Assembly: GCA_964645535.1 (NCBI GenBank)
Contig: CAZYCQ010000032.1
Coordinates: forward strand, 10,858-36,865
DNA length: 26,008 nt
From: an uncultured archaeon
Lineage (GTDB): Archaea; Asgardarchaeota; Heimdallarchaeia; Heimdallarchaeales; Kariarchaeaceae
Direction of reading: 5' to 3'
Each line of letters starts with the position of its first letter. Within the stretch, counting starts at the first letter, position 1. The position numbers and the translations under genes were made by a program. The notes under the pieces are model-generated. The model was given only the letters and a program-made list of their open reading frames with translations. It did no database searches and had not been told where the DNA came from. Positions 17,562 through 26,008 of this stretch are shown here, piece after piece.

Positions 17562-17864
17562 TTACTCCTTTATAGCGTCAAGTATATCGGAATCACCTGG
17601 ATGAATAATGGTGACGGCAGCAGTCAAATGTGGGCGACCACAAACAACACCTAAATCCTGGGATGTTTTAGGGTATTCGATAATCGGAACACCAGAAAGT
17701 CCAGCATAGTATTCCAAATCTTCCCGAAGTTCCTTTGGGGCATTGGCAGCAACGACAATAGCTTTTGCTTCCTTCAACTTTGCTGCCTGAATTGCATATT
17801 TCATTCCAAGCTTGGTTTTACCAGATTTTCGTGCCACACTAATACTTGTTTCTAAATCGACCAT
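17562..17864 (-). CDS. rpl30e: 50S ribosomal protein L30e
   Basis: KSGKTKLG, IVVAANAP, LEYYAGLSGVPIIEY, DLGVVCGRPH, PGDSDIL. ATG 17864 preferred over GTG 17873. Confidence 0.95.
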   Translation of the reverse strand: MVDLETSISVARKSGKTKLGMKYAIQAAKLKEAKAIVVAANAPKELREDLEYYAGLSGVPIIEYPKTSQDLGVVCGRPHLTAAVTIIHPGDSDILDAIKE

Positions 17865-17940
17865 GGGGATCACGTCTTTTTATTTTATTCCCAATTACGT
17901 CCAATTTAAATTTATAGAAAGAGTTGAGCAAAGAAGGCTC

Positions 17941-19080
17941 CTATTTATCGATTACCTCACGAGAGATAACAACTCTTTGAATTTCGCTGGTTCCTTCGTA
18001 AATTGCAGTAATTTTTGCATCCCTATAGTACCGTTCAACGGGAAAGTCACGAGAATATCCTGCTCCACCATGGATTTGCAAAGACATGTCCGCAGTTCTA
18101 ACGGCTGCTTCAGAAGCATAAAGTTTTGCCATAGCTGCCTCCTTGGTGTACCTTTTACCTTGATCTTTCATTTGAGCTGCCTGAAAGGTCAGTAATTTTG
18201 CAGCCTCCATTTCCATCGCTGCATCGGCAATCATCCATCTTAAACCTTGAAATTTGGAAATGGGTCGGCCAAATGCATGGCGTGTATTTGCATATGAAAC
18301 AGCTGCATCCAATGCGGCAAATCCGATACCTAGTGCTTGAGCAGCAATACCGATTCTTCCACCATCTAGTGTTGTCATCGCTATTTTGAAACCTTCTCCT
18401 TCTTTCCCAAGAAGGTTCTCTTTAGGAATACGACAGTCATCAAAAGTTAGAGGGGTTGTTGGGGATGCACGAATTCCCAACTTCTTTTCCTTAGGACCTA
18501 TTTCAAAGCCAGGAGTTCCCTTTTCAACAACAAATGCAGACATTCCTTTATGTTTAAGTTCAGGATTTGTTTTGGCGAACACTACATAGACATCTGCCAC
18601 ACCACCATTGGTGATCCACATTTTGCTACCATTCAGAACATACTCATCACCATCTAAAACAGCAGTTGTTCTTCCACCCGCCGGATCACTTCCAGCATCA
18701 GGTTCCGACAATCCAAATGCGCCAAGCTTTCCACCTTCAGCGATCATCCGAAGATATTTATCTTTAATGTATTCAGATCCGTATGTTTCCAAAGGATATG
18801 CAGCAAGAGAGTTATTTACGCTCATCATCACACCTGTGCTTGCGCAGGCTTTGCTAACTTCAATCATTGCAAGAACGTAACTTATTGTGTCCAATCCTGC
18901 ACCGCCATAATCAGGGGATACCATCATTGCAAGGAAACCTGCATCTCTTAAAGCTTCAAAAGATTTTTGAGGAAATTCTTCGTTTGCGTCATAGTAGGCA
19001 GCATTCGGCGCGATGATATCCTCAGCAATTTCCTTTGCAGTCTGTTGGATAAGTTTGTGGTCTTCCGTGAGATTCAACAT
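17941..19080 (-). CDS. Acyl-CoA dehydrogenase (short-chain/butyryl-CoA type)
   Basis: FGLSEPDAGSD, NGSKMWITNG, LDGGRIGIAAQALG, QIHGGAGY, IYEGTSEIQR (catalytic Glu). Confidence 0.96.
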   Translation of the reverse strand: MLNLTEDHKLIQQTAKEIAEDIIAPNAAYYDANEEFPQKSFEALRDAGFLAMMVSPDYGGAGLDTISYVLAMIEVSKACASTGVMMSVNNSLAAYPLETYGSEYIKDKYLRMIAEGGKLGAFGLSEPDAGSDPAGGRTTAVLDGDEYVLNGSKMWITNGGVADVYVVFAKTNPELKHKGMSAFVVEKGTPGFEIGPKEKKLGIRASPTTPLTFDDCRIPKENLLGKEGEGFKIAMTTLDGGRIGIAAQALGIGFAALDAAVSYANTRHAFGRPISKFQGLRWMIADAAMEMEAAKLLTFQAAQMKDQGKRYTKEAAMAKLYASEAAVRTADMSLQIHGGAGYSRDFPVERYYRDAKITAIYEGTSEIQRVVISREVIDK

Positions 19081-19143
19081 ATCGAAATATTCTCTTGCAG
19101 TTCTTCAAAATTTCCCTAATTCGGTGGATATTTGGAATTAAGA

Positions 19144-20919
19144 CTAAATAGTAATAATTTCGAAGTTTGATGGAGAAAGTGCCTTAATTTGGTCATTAAG
19201 TTTCTTTAGTTCATCAATGGAGGCCTCATATTTCATTCGCGGAATTTTGTCAAAAATTTCGTCTGCAAGGATATCCTTGAAGTCCACACCTGCATCAAAC
19301 AATTCACGCATTTTGTCATAAAGGTCGAAAATATTTCTTAGCATCCAAGACTGCTTTTCAGGAGAGCAGTAGGAATCCACCGGATGGAATGCGTTTTGTT
19401 GGAGATAATCTTCTTTAAGCATACGAGCGGCTTCAAGAGTAATTCTTTCTGCGGGGGATAAAGCATCGGGACCAACAAGCTGAACGATTTCTTGTAAGTC
19501 ATTGTCCTCTTGAAGGAGGCGGAATGCACGGGTTCGCAATTCATCAAAGTCTTCGGAGAAATGTTCCCGATAATAGTCCTTTAGTACATCCCAATAGAGG
19601 GTATAGCTTTCCAAATAAGAAATGGCAGGGAAATGGCGTTGCTCAGCCAGCTTTTTGGTAAGAGCCCAGAAAACCTTAACAATACGGAGTGTATTTTGGG
19701 TTACAGGCTCTGAGAAATCGCCACCAGGAGGGGAAACAGCACCGATGATAGAAACTGAACCGGTCTTTGTTTCCTTGGAATTCAAGATTTCAACTCTACC
19801 CCCGCGTTCATAGTACGCCGCAATCTTTGATGCAAGATAAGCAGGATAACCAGCTTCACCAGGCATTTCTTCCAGCCGGCCGGAGATTTCTCTCATAGCC
19901 TCCGCCCATCTAGAGGTGGAATCTGCCATCATTGCAACATCATATCCTTGATCTCGGAAATATTCTGCCATAGTGATTCCAGTATAAACAGAAGCTTCAC
20001 GGGCAGCAACAGGCATATTTGAGGTGTTTGCAATCATAGTTGTACGAGCCATGAGCTTTAGACCAGTTGTCGGGTCATCAAGATGTGGAAATTCCTCTAG
20101 GACATTGGTCATTTCATTGCCCCTCTCACCGCACCCAACGTAAACAACCACTTGAGCATTACAGAATTTTGCCAATTGATGTTGACTGACTGTTTTTCCT
20201 GTGCCAAATGGACCAGGGATAGCCGCGACTCCACCTTTGGCGATTGGGAAAAATGTATCGAATATCCTTTGACCAGTGATTAACGGTTCATCAGAAGCAA
20301 GCCTTCGTTTGAAGGGGCGAGGAATTCTCACAGGCCATCTCTGATAACCTAGAATATTGTGACGAGTGCCATCTTCACTTTCTACAACGGCAAGAACTTT
20401 TTCGATAGTGTACTTTCCAGATTCCACAATTTCAACTATTTTTCCAGAGATGTTAGGAGGAATAAGGATTTTGTGGAGAAAAGCCGGGGTTTCCTGTACA
20501 GTGGCAATAACATCACCACCCGAAACCATATCACCCACTTTGGCAACAATTTCAAAGTCCCATTCTTTCTTCAAATCCAATGCAGGTGTTTCGACACCTC
20601 TGTTGATAAACGCACCAGTAACTTCCTTAATTGCTGGAAGGGGTCTTTGAATTCCATCATAGATCTGAGACATTATTCCAGGCCCTAACATAACAGAAAG
20701 GGGTTCACCAGTACCAATAACGGGTTCCCCGGGTTTAATCCCATCGGTAATTTCATAACATTGGATGGTCGCAATGTCACCATCCACCTGAATGATTTCA
20801 CCGATCAATCCAAGTTCTCCAATCCTTGCTACATCATACAGTCGTGCACCAAGCATGCCTTTTGCTTGAACGACAGGACCAGAAATTCGAGTGATTGTAC
20901 CTTTGATTTGTGAGCTCAT
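19144..20919 (-). CDS. atpA: A/V-type ATP synthase catalytic subunit A
   Basis: P-loop [54 protein letters not shown]; GGAGG RBS; no intein. Confidence 0.98.
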   Translation of the reverse strand: MSSQIKGTITRISGPVVQAKGMLGARLYDVARIGELGLIGEIIQVDGDIATIQCYEITDGIKPGEPVIGTGEPLSVMLGPGIMSQIYDGIQRPLPAIKEVTGAFINRGVETPALDLKKEWDFEIVAKVGDMVSGGDVIATVQETPAFLHKILIPPNISGKIVEIVESGKYTIEKVLAVVESEDGTRHNILGYQRWPVRIPRPFKRRLASDEPLITGQRIFDTFFPIAKGGVAAIPGPFGTGKTVSQHQLAKFCNAQVVVYVGCGERGNEMTNVLEEFPHLDDPTTGLKLMARTTMIANTSNMPVAAREASVYTGITMAEYFRDQGYDVAMMADSTSRWAEAMREISGRLEEMPGEAGYPAYLASKIAAYYERGGRVEILNSKETKTGSVSIIGAVSPPGGDFSEPVTQNTLRIVKVFWALTKKLAEQRHFPAISYLESYTLYWDVLKDYYREHFSEDFDELRTRAFRLLQEDNDLQEIVQLVGPDALSPAERITLEAARMLKEDYLQQNAFHPVDSYCSPEKQSWMLRNIFDLYDKMRELFDAGVDFKDILADEIFDKIPRMKYEASIDELKKLNDQIKALSPSNFEIITI

Positions 20920-21017
20920 TTACTAACCTCCAATGGAAGATCAGTTTAATAATTACTTCCATCGATTCGCTTAAGGTTTGGCAAGATTCAATTCTTTAAA
21001 GCATAGTGTTAGTTTTT

Positions 21018-21026
21018 AAAAAAAAA
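21018..21026 (-). terminator. Oligo-T (T9) archaeal terminator candidate after atpB
   Basis: Run of 9 A on the plus strand, about 34 nt downstream of the atpB stop. Confidence 0.45.
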
Positions 21027-21059
21027 GGTGAAAATCAGATGTTAATTTAGGAAACAACA

Positions 21060-22496
21060 TTATGCATTAACATCGTGATAGTTATAATTGGGATCTCGGT
21101 TGGAGGGATAGTATTTATCAATGTATTTTTCATCAATCCGTTTCAATTGTCGTTTGGGATTGGGGAAAATCGTTAGCAATTCCCAACCCAAATCGAGAGT
21201 TTCGAAGATTGTTCTATCTTCTTCATAACCTTGTGAAATAAACTTATCTTCGAAATCCTGAGCAAATTTCAGATAAAGACGATCCTCGTCGGAAAGTGAT
21301 TCTTCACCCACAACTGCAACAAGATCTCTAAGCTCTCGTCCTTTTGCATAAGAGGCATATAGCTGTGATGATAAGGCAGCGTGATCCTCTCGTGTTGAAC
21401 CTTTACCTATGGCTTCCTTCATGAGCCGTGAGAGAGAAGGAAGTGGATTGATTGGAGGATATACACCTTTTCGATGGAGGGCCCGATCAATATAAACTTG
21501 TCCCTCCGTGATATAACCAGTCAGATCGGGAATTGGATGGGTCAAGTCATCATTGGGCATTGTTAGAATGGGAATCTGAGTAATTGACCCCTTCTTTCCG
21601 ATGATTCTTCCCGCCCTTTCATAGATTGTTGAGAGATCAGAATAAAGATAACCTGGAAAACCACGTCTTCCAGGAACTTCCTCTCTTGCTGCGCCGATTT
21701 CTCGTAGAGATTCACAATATGAAGTCATGTCAGTAAGAATTACCAAAACATGGTAATCTTTTTCAAATGCGAGATATTCAGCAACGGTTAATGCAATACG
21801 GGGGGTGATTATTCGTTCAACAGCAGGATCATCCGCGAGATTCAGAAACAGAACAACCTTTTCCAATGCTCCAGTTCTTTCGAAGTCAGATTGGAAAAAT
21901 CTTGCCTCTTCTGCGGTAATACCCATTGCTGCGAAAACCACCGCAAATGATTCCCCTTCACCCAAAACTTTTGCTTGCCGTGCAATTTGGGCACCTACTT
22001 GATTATGAGGAAGTCCAGATCCAGAAAATAATGGAAGTTTTTGTCCTCTAACAAGGGTCAAGAGTGCATCTATTGTTGATATTCCTGTTTGGATAAATGA
22101 ACGAGGATATTCACGGGCAACTGGATTTAGAGGATTACCGGAAATGTCCCTTTTTTCTTCACTGATAATTTGAGGTCCGCCATCAATTGGAATTCCACGT
22201 CCATTGAACACTCGTCCAAGCATTTCTTCAGAGACGCCTATTTCTAAGGTTCGGCCAATGAAACGAACAGAAGTGTCCTTTGTGTCTAGACCGCTGGTTC
22301 CCTCAAAAACCTGAACAACTGCAAGATCGTTGGTAATTTCGAGAACTTGACCCCGTCTTCGTTCACCGAAGCTTGTTTCCACTTCACATATTTCACCATA
22401 ACTGACACCACCTTTTCCTTGGAGGTCAACAAAAAGTAGTGGGCCAGAAACTTCTCTTACTGTTTTGTATGATTTTAATTCATTCTTGACTGTCAC
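21060..22496 (-). CDS. atpB: A/V-type ATP synthase subunit B
   Basis: [56 protein letters not shown]; GTG start with GAGGTAGG RBS. Confidence 0.98.
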   Translation of the reverse strand: MTVKNELKSYKTVREVSGPLLFVDLQGKGGVSYGEICEVETSFGERRRGQVLEITNDLAVVQVFEGTSGLDTKDTSVRFIGRTLEIGVSEEMLGRVFNGRGIPIDGGPQIISEEKRDISGNPLNPVAREYPRSFIQTGISTIDALLTLVRGQKLPLFSGSGLPHNQVGAQIARQAKVLGEGESFAVVFAAMGITAEEARFFQSDFERTGALEKVVLFLNLADDPAVERIITPRIALTVAEYLAFEKDYHVLVILTDMTSYCESLREIGAAREEVPGRRGFPGYLYSDLSTIYERAGRIIGKKGSITQIPILTMPNDDLTHPIPDLTGYITEGQVYIDRALHRKGVYPPINPLPSLSRLMKEAIGKGSTREDHAALSSQLYASYAKGRELRDLVAVVGEESLSDEDRLYLKFAQDFEDKFISQGYEEDRTIFETLDLGWELLTIFPNPKRQLKRIDEKYIDKYYPSNRDPNYNYHDVNA

Positions 22497-22594
22497 GATC
22501 CTACCTCTTTTTTATTTGTTATTTATGTCATATACCTTAAAATCCTTTGATTGAAATCGAAAAAAATCTAACCAATCATACGGAAAACTTCCAC

Positions 22595-23080
22595 TTAAAA
22601 TTCTCTCTTGAATTCCCCATATCCACAAACATCACATTCATTCATGTTTCTTCCATTATTATATCCACAAGCCTTGCAAATATAGAAGTATTTTCTTAAT
22701 CTGGCTTTTTTCTTGAATTTGGAGGATTGAGTTTTGATTTTCAATAGTCGTGCCACATTTTGAATGGAGAAATCATCTGAAATCAAGAGTGGGTCATTCA
22801 TTTGATGATCGATTGCAAGAGCTATTGCTGAAATATCGGCGTCTGAGAGCCTATGTTCACCTAATTGTTGTGCGGCTGCGTTTGCCTTTAAAATCCCTGT
22901 TTTTGATGGTTTCAGTACTTCTACCTGAGATTCAATGGTAGCCCAAATTGTCCGCGAAAGGGAAGACCGAATCTCTTTCACACATGATTCAGAAATTAGG
23001 ATCTGAATGGAGTGGCCAAGGAAATTCCTCAATGAATGTATGTTCATGAAAACAGAGGAATCAACAATTATTACCATCAA
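22595..23080 (-). CDS. nob1: Nob1-family PIN endoribonuclease with Zn ribbon (16S rRNA maturation)
   Basis: IIVDSSVF, LSDADISAIALA and LISDDFSIQNVA PIN motifs; CKAC...CDVCG zinc ribbon. Confidence 0.9.
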   Translation of the reverse strand: MMVIIVDSSVFMNIHSLRNFLGHSIQILISESCVKEIRSSLSRTIWATIESQVEVLKPSKTGILKANAAAQQLGEHRLSDADISAIALAIDHQMNDPLLISDDFSIQNVARLLKIKTQSSKFKKKARLRKYFYICKACGYNNGRNMNECDVCGYGEFKREF

Positions 23081-23229
23081 TTTTTATGGGAAATAAATAT
23101 TTAATTGCTCTTTCATTGTTTCAGTTTCAATCAATTCCACAAAAAATTATTGTTGTTATTGAGACAACATCGATGGAGTTAAATGTAGATGAGAGAAAGA
23201 AGGATTGGAAGGGCGGATTGCATTTCATT

Positions 23230-23314
23230 GCAGGGGTCGCCCAGCCTGGTCAACGGCGCTAGGTTGAGGGCCTAGTCCTTTAGAGGTTCGTGGGTTCAAA
23301 TCCCACCCCCTGCA
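23230..23314 (+). tRNA. tRNA-Leu(GAG), intron-less, CCA not encoded
   Basis: Acceptor GCAGGGG/CCCCTGC plus discriminator A. Anticodon arm CTAGG-TTGAGGG-CCTAG (GAG at 23266-23268), long variable arm, T-loop GGTTCAAATCC. Confidence 0.96.
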
Positions 23315-23319
23315 TTTTT

Positions 23320-23598
23320 ATGAAAGTGAAAAAGCAAAAAATCAATGAAATATTTCAAGGACCAGTACATGTACGTATTGGGAAGGAAGGAGTGAAAAAA
23401 GGAGTACTCAGAGAAATTGCCAATCAACTTGAACACCTCAAAATAATTAAAGTGAAGGTTATTGGAGTTGACACTAAAAAGGAATTTTTGGATCTCATTG
23501 CCGATTTGGAAAAACGAAAGCTTATCCAGAGACTGTCAACTCGAGGCCGGACGTTTGTTTGCGGTCGAGGAGAAAAGTATAGGGAATTTCTCCAATAG
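23320..23598 (+). CDS. yhbY: YhbY/CRM-domain RNA-binding protein
   Basis: Start revised to ATG 23320. PVHVRIGKEGV, EIANQLEHLKIIKVKV and RGRTFV motifs. Confidence 0.88.
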   Translation: MKVKKQKINEIFQGPVHVRIGKEGVKKGVLREIANQLEHLKIIKVKVIGVDTKKEFLDLIADLEKRKLIQRLSTRGRTFVCGRGEKYREFLQ

Positions 23599-23721
23599 TT
23601 ATTGGGAAGATGATGAGATCACAAAATAAGCCAAAAGAACAAAAAAGTAAGTCACGAGAAAAATACAGATAATTATTAGGCAAGCCATGATAAAGTAGAA
23701 AAAAGATGCCTTGGATTTCAT
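23599..23721 (-). CDS. 40-aa single-TM peptide (not in ORF track)
   Basis: MKSKASFFYFIMACLIIICIFLVTYFFVLLAYFVISSSSQ*. Its stop abuts the yhbY stop with no gap. Confidence 0.4.
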   Translation of the reverse strand: MKSKASFFYFIMACLIIICIFLVTYFFVLLAYFVISSSSQ

Positions 23722-23795
23722 AAGGAATTATCATGGAGAAAGTATAAAAGCACGTATTCTGAGTTTTTATAGGGTATTATTGAAGAATAATCAGA

Positions 23796-23945
23796 ATGGG
23801 AATTGCTGAAGAAATTGGGATTGTCTTGCTGTATGCAGCATTATTGGCCATTTTTGCAGTTGCATTGTTTAATTTGGCAAATGTGGCTATCGAAAGTATT
23901 GGAGACCTCCAATGTCTTTTTGGAATGAAAGACACCTGCCCATAA
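23796..23945 (+). CDS. 49-aa single-TM, pilin-like peptide (not in ORF track)
   Basis: MGIAEEIGIVLLYAALLAIFAVALFNLANVAIESIGDLQCLFGMKDTCP*. Confidence 0.6.
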   Translation: MGIAEEIGIVLLYAALLAIFAVALFNLANVAIESIGDLQCLFGMKDTCP

Positions 23946-23976
23946 GCTATTAAATGTTGTTAAAATAAAATAAGAT

Positions 23977-24684
23977 GTGAGAAAAGGGAAGGCCGAAACA
24001 AAGTTATTGTTTAAGGTAAATTCAAATGATGAACTCCAATTCTTTTTGGAATTGGTGCAGAAGATTCTGAAAAACAAAGATTCAATTGTTGAAACAAAGC
24101 TGAATTCAATCAACATTAAATTATATGGAAAAAGAGATGAGGTTGAATTACTCTCAACACAGTTAAAAAATGCACATGGATTAGTCAAATCCGCTTTTCT
24201 TTTGAATAGAGATGGGATAAGCAAGATTGATATCACTCTTCTTTCTTGGATTACAGGATATCACGTGGATAAAGAGTTTTTTTCTACAATGTTGTCAGAA
24301 TTGAATGTAGGTAAGTTGGATCAAGGGAGAATTATATCTACCACTCTTAGTCTTAAAGACCTCATTCAAAAATATAAAGAAGTGCACCTGACATTTACAT
24401 CCGTTTTACCTCAAGAACATAAAGATATACGAAAAGTAATTACAATACTGCTAATTTTATTTCCAAGATCAACAGTAGAAGATCTTGTACGTTTCGGAAT
24501 AGAAAATCATCTTCTAGAAAGGAAAAATGGAAAATTGATTTTTCGTGCAGATAAAAGTAGGATCATACATACATTTAAGCAGGAGTATGTTGATTCTCCG
24601 AAGAAAACCACAGTATCAGAATTGAAGAAGGATGATAAATTAAATATTCTTGATGGTGGGAAGATAATTTTCAAACAAATATAG
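23977..24684 (+). CDS. Conserved archaeal protein, DUF2067-like
   Basis: N-terminus LLFKVNSNDELQFFLE...NSINIKLYGKRDEV resembles the DUF2067 consensus as recalled. Confidence 0.6.
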   Translation: MRKGKAETKLLFKVNSNDELQFFLELVQKILKNKDSIVETKLNSINIKLYGKRDEVELLSTQLKNAHGLVKSAFLLNRDGISKIDITLLSWITGYHVDKEFFSTMLSELNVGKLDQGRIISTTLSLKDLIQKYKEVHLTFTSVLPQEHKDIRKVITILLILFPRSTVEDLVRFGIENHLLERKNGKLIFRADKSRIIHTFKQEYVDSPKKTTVSELKKDDKLNILDGGKIIFKQI

Positions 24685-24690
24685 GTTTAG

Positions 24691-24855
24691 TCATGTGATC
24701 CGTAAATTAATAGTGTCAAGAATTTGGGAAATCTCCTGATGGGAAGGAGAAAGGAGGCAAGAAATACTGAAAAAAAGTAAAGCCATACTAATTGTGAAGA
24801 AAGAGTAAAATATTATTTGTGAGAACAACATTTCAACAATACGCATGATCTCCAT
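24691..24855 (-). CDS. 54-aa single-TM peptide directly downstream of the secretion ATPase (not in ORF track)
   Basis: MEIMRIVEMLFSQIIFYSFFTISMALLFFSISCLLSPSHQEISQILDTINLRIT*. Starts 11 nt after the ATPase stop on the same strand. Confidence 0.5.
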   Translation of the reverse strand: MEIMRIVEMLFSQIIFYSFFTISMALLFFSISCLLSPSHQEISQILDTINLRIT

Positions 24856-24866
24856 TAAAAGTTAGA

Positions 24867-26008
24867 TTATAAAAGTTCAGACCCAAGTGAGGAAAATAAT
24901 TCAATGATCTCTTTCTTATGATGGATCGAAGCAACATTCAATATTACTCTTCCTGTCTCGTCAATATCTCTAGAAGTGAACACAATGACATCAATTTGGC
25001 TAATTAAATCCAATGAAAGCTTGTGACTGTATTTCCAGCGAATTAGTAGAGTTTTGAGATTTGTTGAATGGGTTGTAACAATCCCCCGTAAGCCTGAGGC
25101 AATTCCTTCGAAGACAATTTTTGAATCAATTGGAGATTGAATTTCACCAAATATGAAATAATCAGGGGAATTTCTCAATGAAAATGCAATAATGTTTGAT
25201 TTTTGTTCATTGATTGCCTTTGAGTTGATTCGAATTTGAGGAGTAGATAGTCGATCTACTAACGGGCTATCCATTTTTATTTCTTTCGTGTCTTCTAGAA
25301 TGACGACCCTCCATGTTTGTGGTAGTTGCAGCAGAAGGGCATTTAATAGTGTAGTTTTTCCTGAACCGGGTTCGCCAGCAATTACAATGTTTTTTCTCTG
25401 TCTCATCGAGAGAATTAGCTCATGAGCGTATTGAGAGGATATTTGTCCTTGATCAATTAGAGTCTCCAAGTTGAGTGGTTTTGAAGGAAGTTTTCTAATA
25501 ACAATACTTTTTCCAAATGGAGGATGTTTCATTGTAACTCGTAAAATTCCCAATCCACTATTGAGGTTGCCGATCAGTGAAGGATTCCAAGAAGTCAATA
25601 ATTCATTGGTTTCTAATTCAAGTTGGATTCTTAAAGAATCAAAAAATGTGTCATCATGGATTTGGGGATGAAAGTGCAAATATTTTCGACCCGTCGACCA
25701 ATCAGAAATTGCAAATCCATTAGTATTCCAAAACAATTCAAATGCAGTTGGAATGAGTTTGAATATAATTAATGGAAATAAACCTAACGCATTTAATGCC
25801 AATTCTAATTCGTAACCTTCTTGGATTTGTCTTGCAAGGAGTTTCAATTTTGAAAGTATTTTGCTAAAAGGGAGTAAGGAACCCCCTTCTTTTTTCCGTT
25901 CTTTCAAGTATAGTTCTTTCAACTGATAGGTGAAATGGTTAAAATTTTTCATTGGCACATCTATGAAAATTGGCTCATTATTTCGTTTAGAGATTAAAGT
26001 GGTTTCCA
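24867..26008 (-). CDS. Type II/IV secretion or pilus ATPase, VirB11/CpaF(TadA) family; probably 5'-truncated by the window edge
   Basis: Walker A GEPGSGKTT, Asp box ILEDTKE, Walker B PDYFIFGEI, His box TTHS. The frame stays open upstream of GTG 25958 to the window end (ETTLISKRNNEPIFID...). Confidence 0.88.
   Translation of the reverse strand, partial: ETTLISKRNNEPIFIDVPMKNFNHFTYQLKELYLKERKKEGGSLLPFSKILSKLKLLARQIQEGYELELALNALGLFPLIIFKLIPTAFELFWNTNGFAISDWSTGRKYLHFHPQIHDDTFFDSLRIQLELETNELLTSWNPSLIGNLNSGLGILRVTMKHPPFGKSIVIRKLPSKPLNLETLIDQGQISSQYAHELILSMRQRKNIVIAGEPGSGKTTLLNALLLQLPQTWRVVILEDTKEIKMDSPLVDRLSTPQIRINSKAINEQKSNIIAFSLRNSPDYFIFGEIQSPIDSKIVFEGIASGLRGIVTTHSTNLKTLLIRWKYSHKLSLDLISQIDVIVFTSRDIDETGRVILNVASIHHKKEIIELFSSLGSELL

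Noticed and set aside
19144-20919. Intein in ATPase subunit A or in Cdc48
   Set aside because: Lengths are normal and the P-loop regions are uninterrupted.
20933-20962. ATGGAAG/CTTCCAT hairpin upstream of the atpA RBS
   Set aside because: A 7-bp stem with a 16-nt loop is weak and could be chance; no supporting evidence.
23290-23319. ORF-track start of yhbY (MGSNPTPCIF)
   Set aside because: This is the translated tRNA T-arm and acceptor stem; the real start is ATG 23320.
23522-24236. ORF-track minus-strand ORFs 23522..23734 and 23841..24236
   Set aside because: They overlap better-supported genes; alternative short frames fit the gaps without overlap.
966-25671. Numerous 60-170 aa ORFs antisense to or nested in the long genes (e.g. 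9774..10277, 14619..15086, 16142..16639, 17812..18195)
   Set aside because: Shadow frames of well-supported genes with no recognisable motifs.
23230-26008. Integrated element at tRNA-Leu (AT-rich flank, secretion ATPase)
   Set aside because: No integrase or duplicated tRNA 3' end is seen, and the adjacent genes (yhbY, DUF2067-like) are core archaeal genes.

Overview
AT-rich, gene-dense archaeal chromosomal segment, most likely from an Asgard (Heimdallarchaeia-like) genome. Archaeal origin is supported by L30e, Nob1, Cdc48, A/V-type ATPase A and B subunits, a CCA-less tRNA-Leu and GAGGTGA/GGAGG ribosome-binding sites; the Asgard assignment is inference. Left to right: a MacB/LolD-type ABC pair, an APC permease-USP fusion, a HEAT protein, an aldo/keto reductase with a divergent winged-helix regulator, and a 133-aa HEAT protein resembling exactly one half of eukaryotic deoxyhypusine hydroxylase (both His-Glu motifs intact). 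Next are an unannotated 49-aa secreted or lipid-anchored peptide and a minus-strand tatA-tatC-(membrane/PCI-like)-DOMON heme b-4x[4Fe-4S]-NrfD(ActC-like) redox module with no catalytic subunit. The rest holds hsp20-cdc48, an orphan rpl30e, an acyl-CoA dehydrogenase, atpB followed by atpA (reversed order, no other subunits), nob1, tRNA-Leu(GAG)-yhbY, a DUF2067-like gene, three unannotated small pilin-like membrane ORFs and a VirB11/CpaF-type ATPase that runs off the right edge. All family calls come from motif recognition by eye; no database searches were run.
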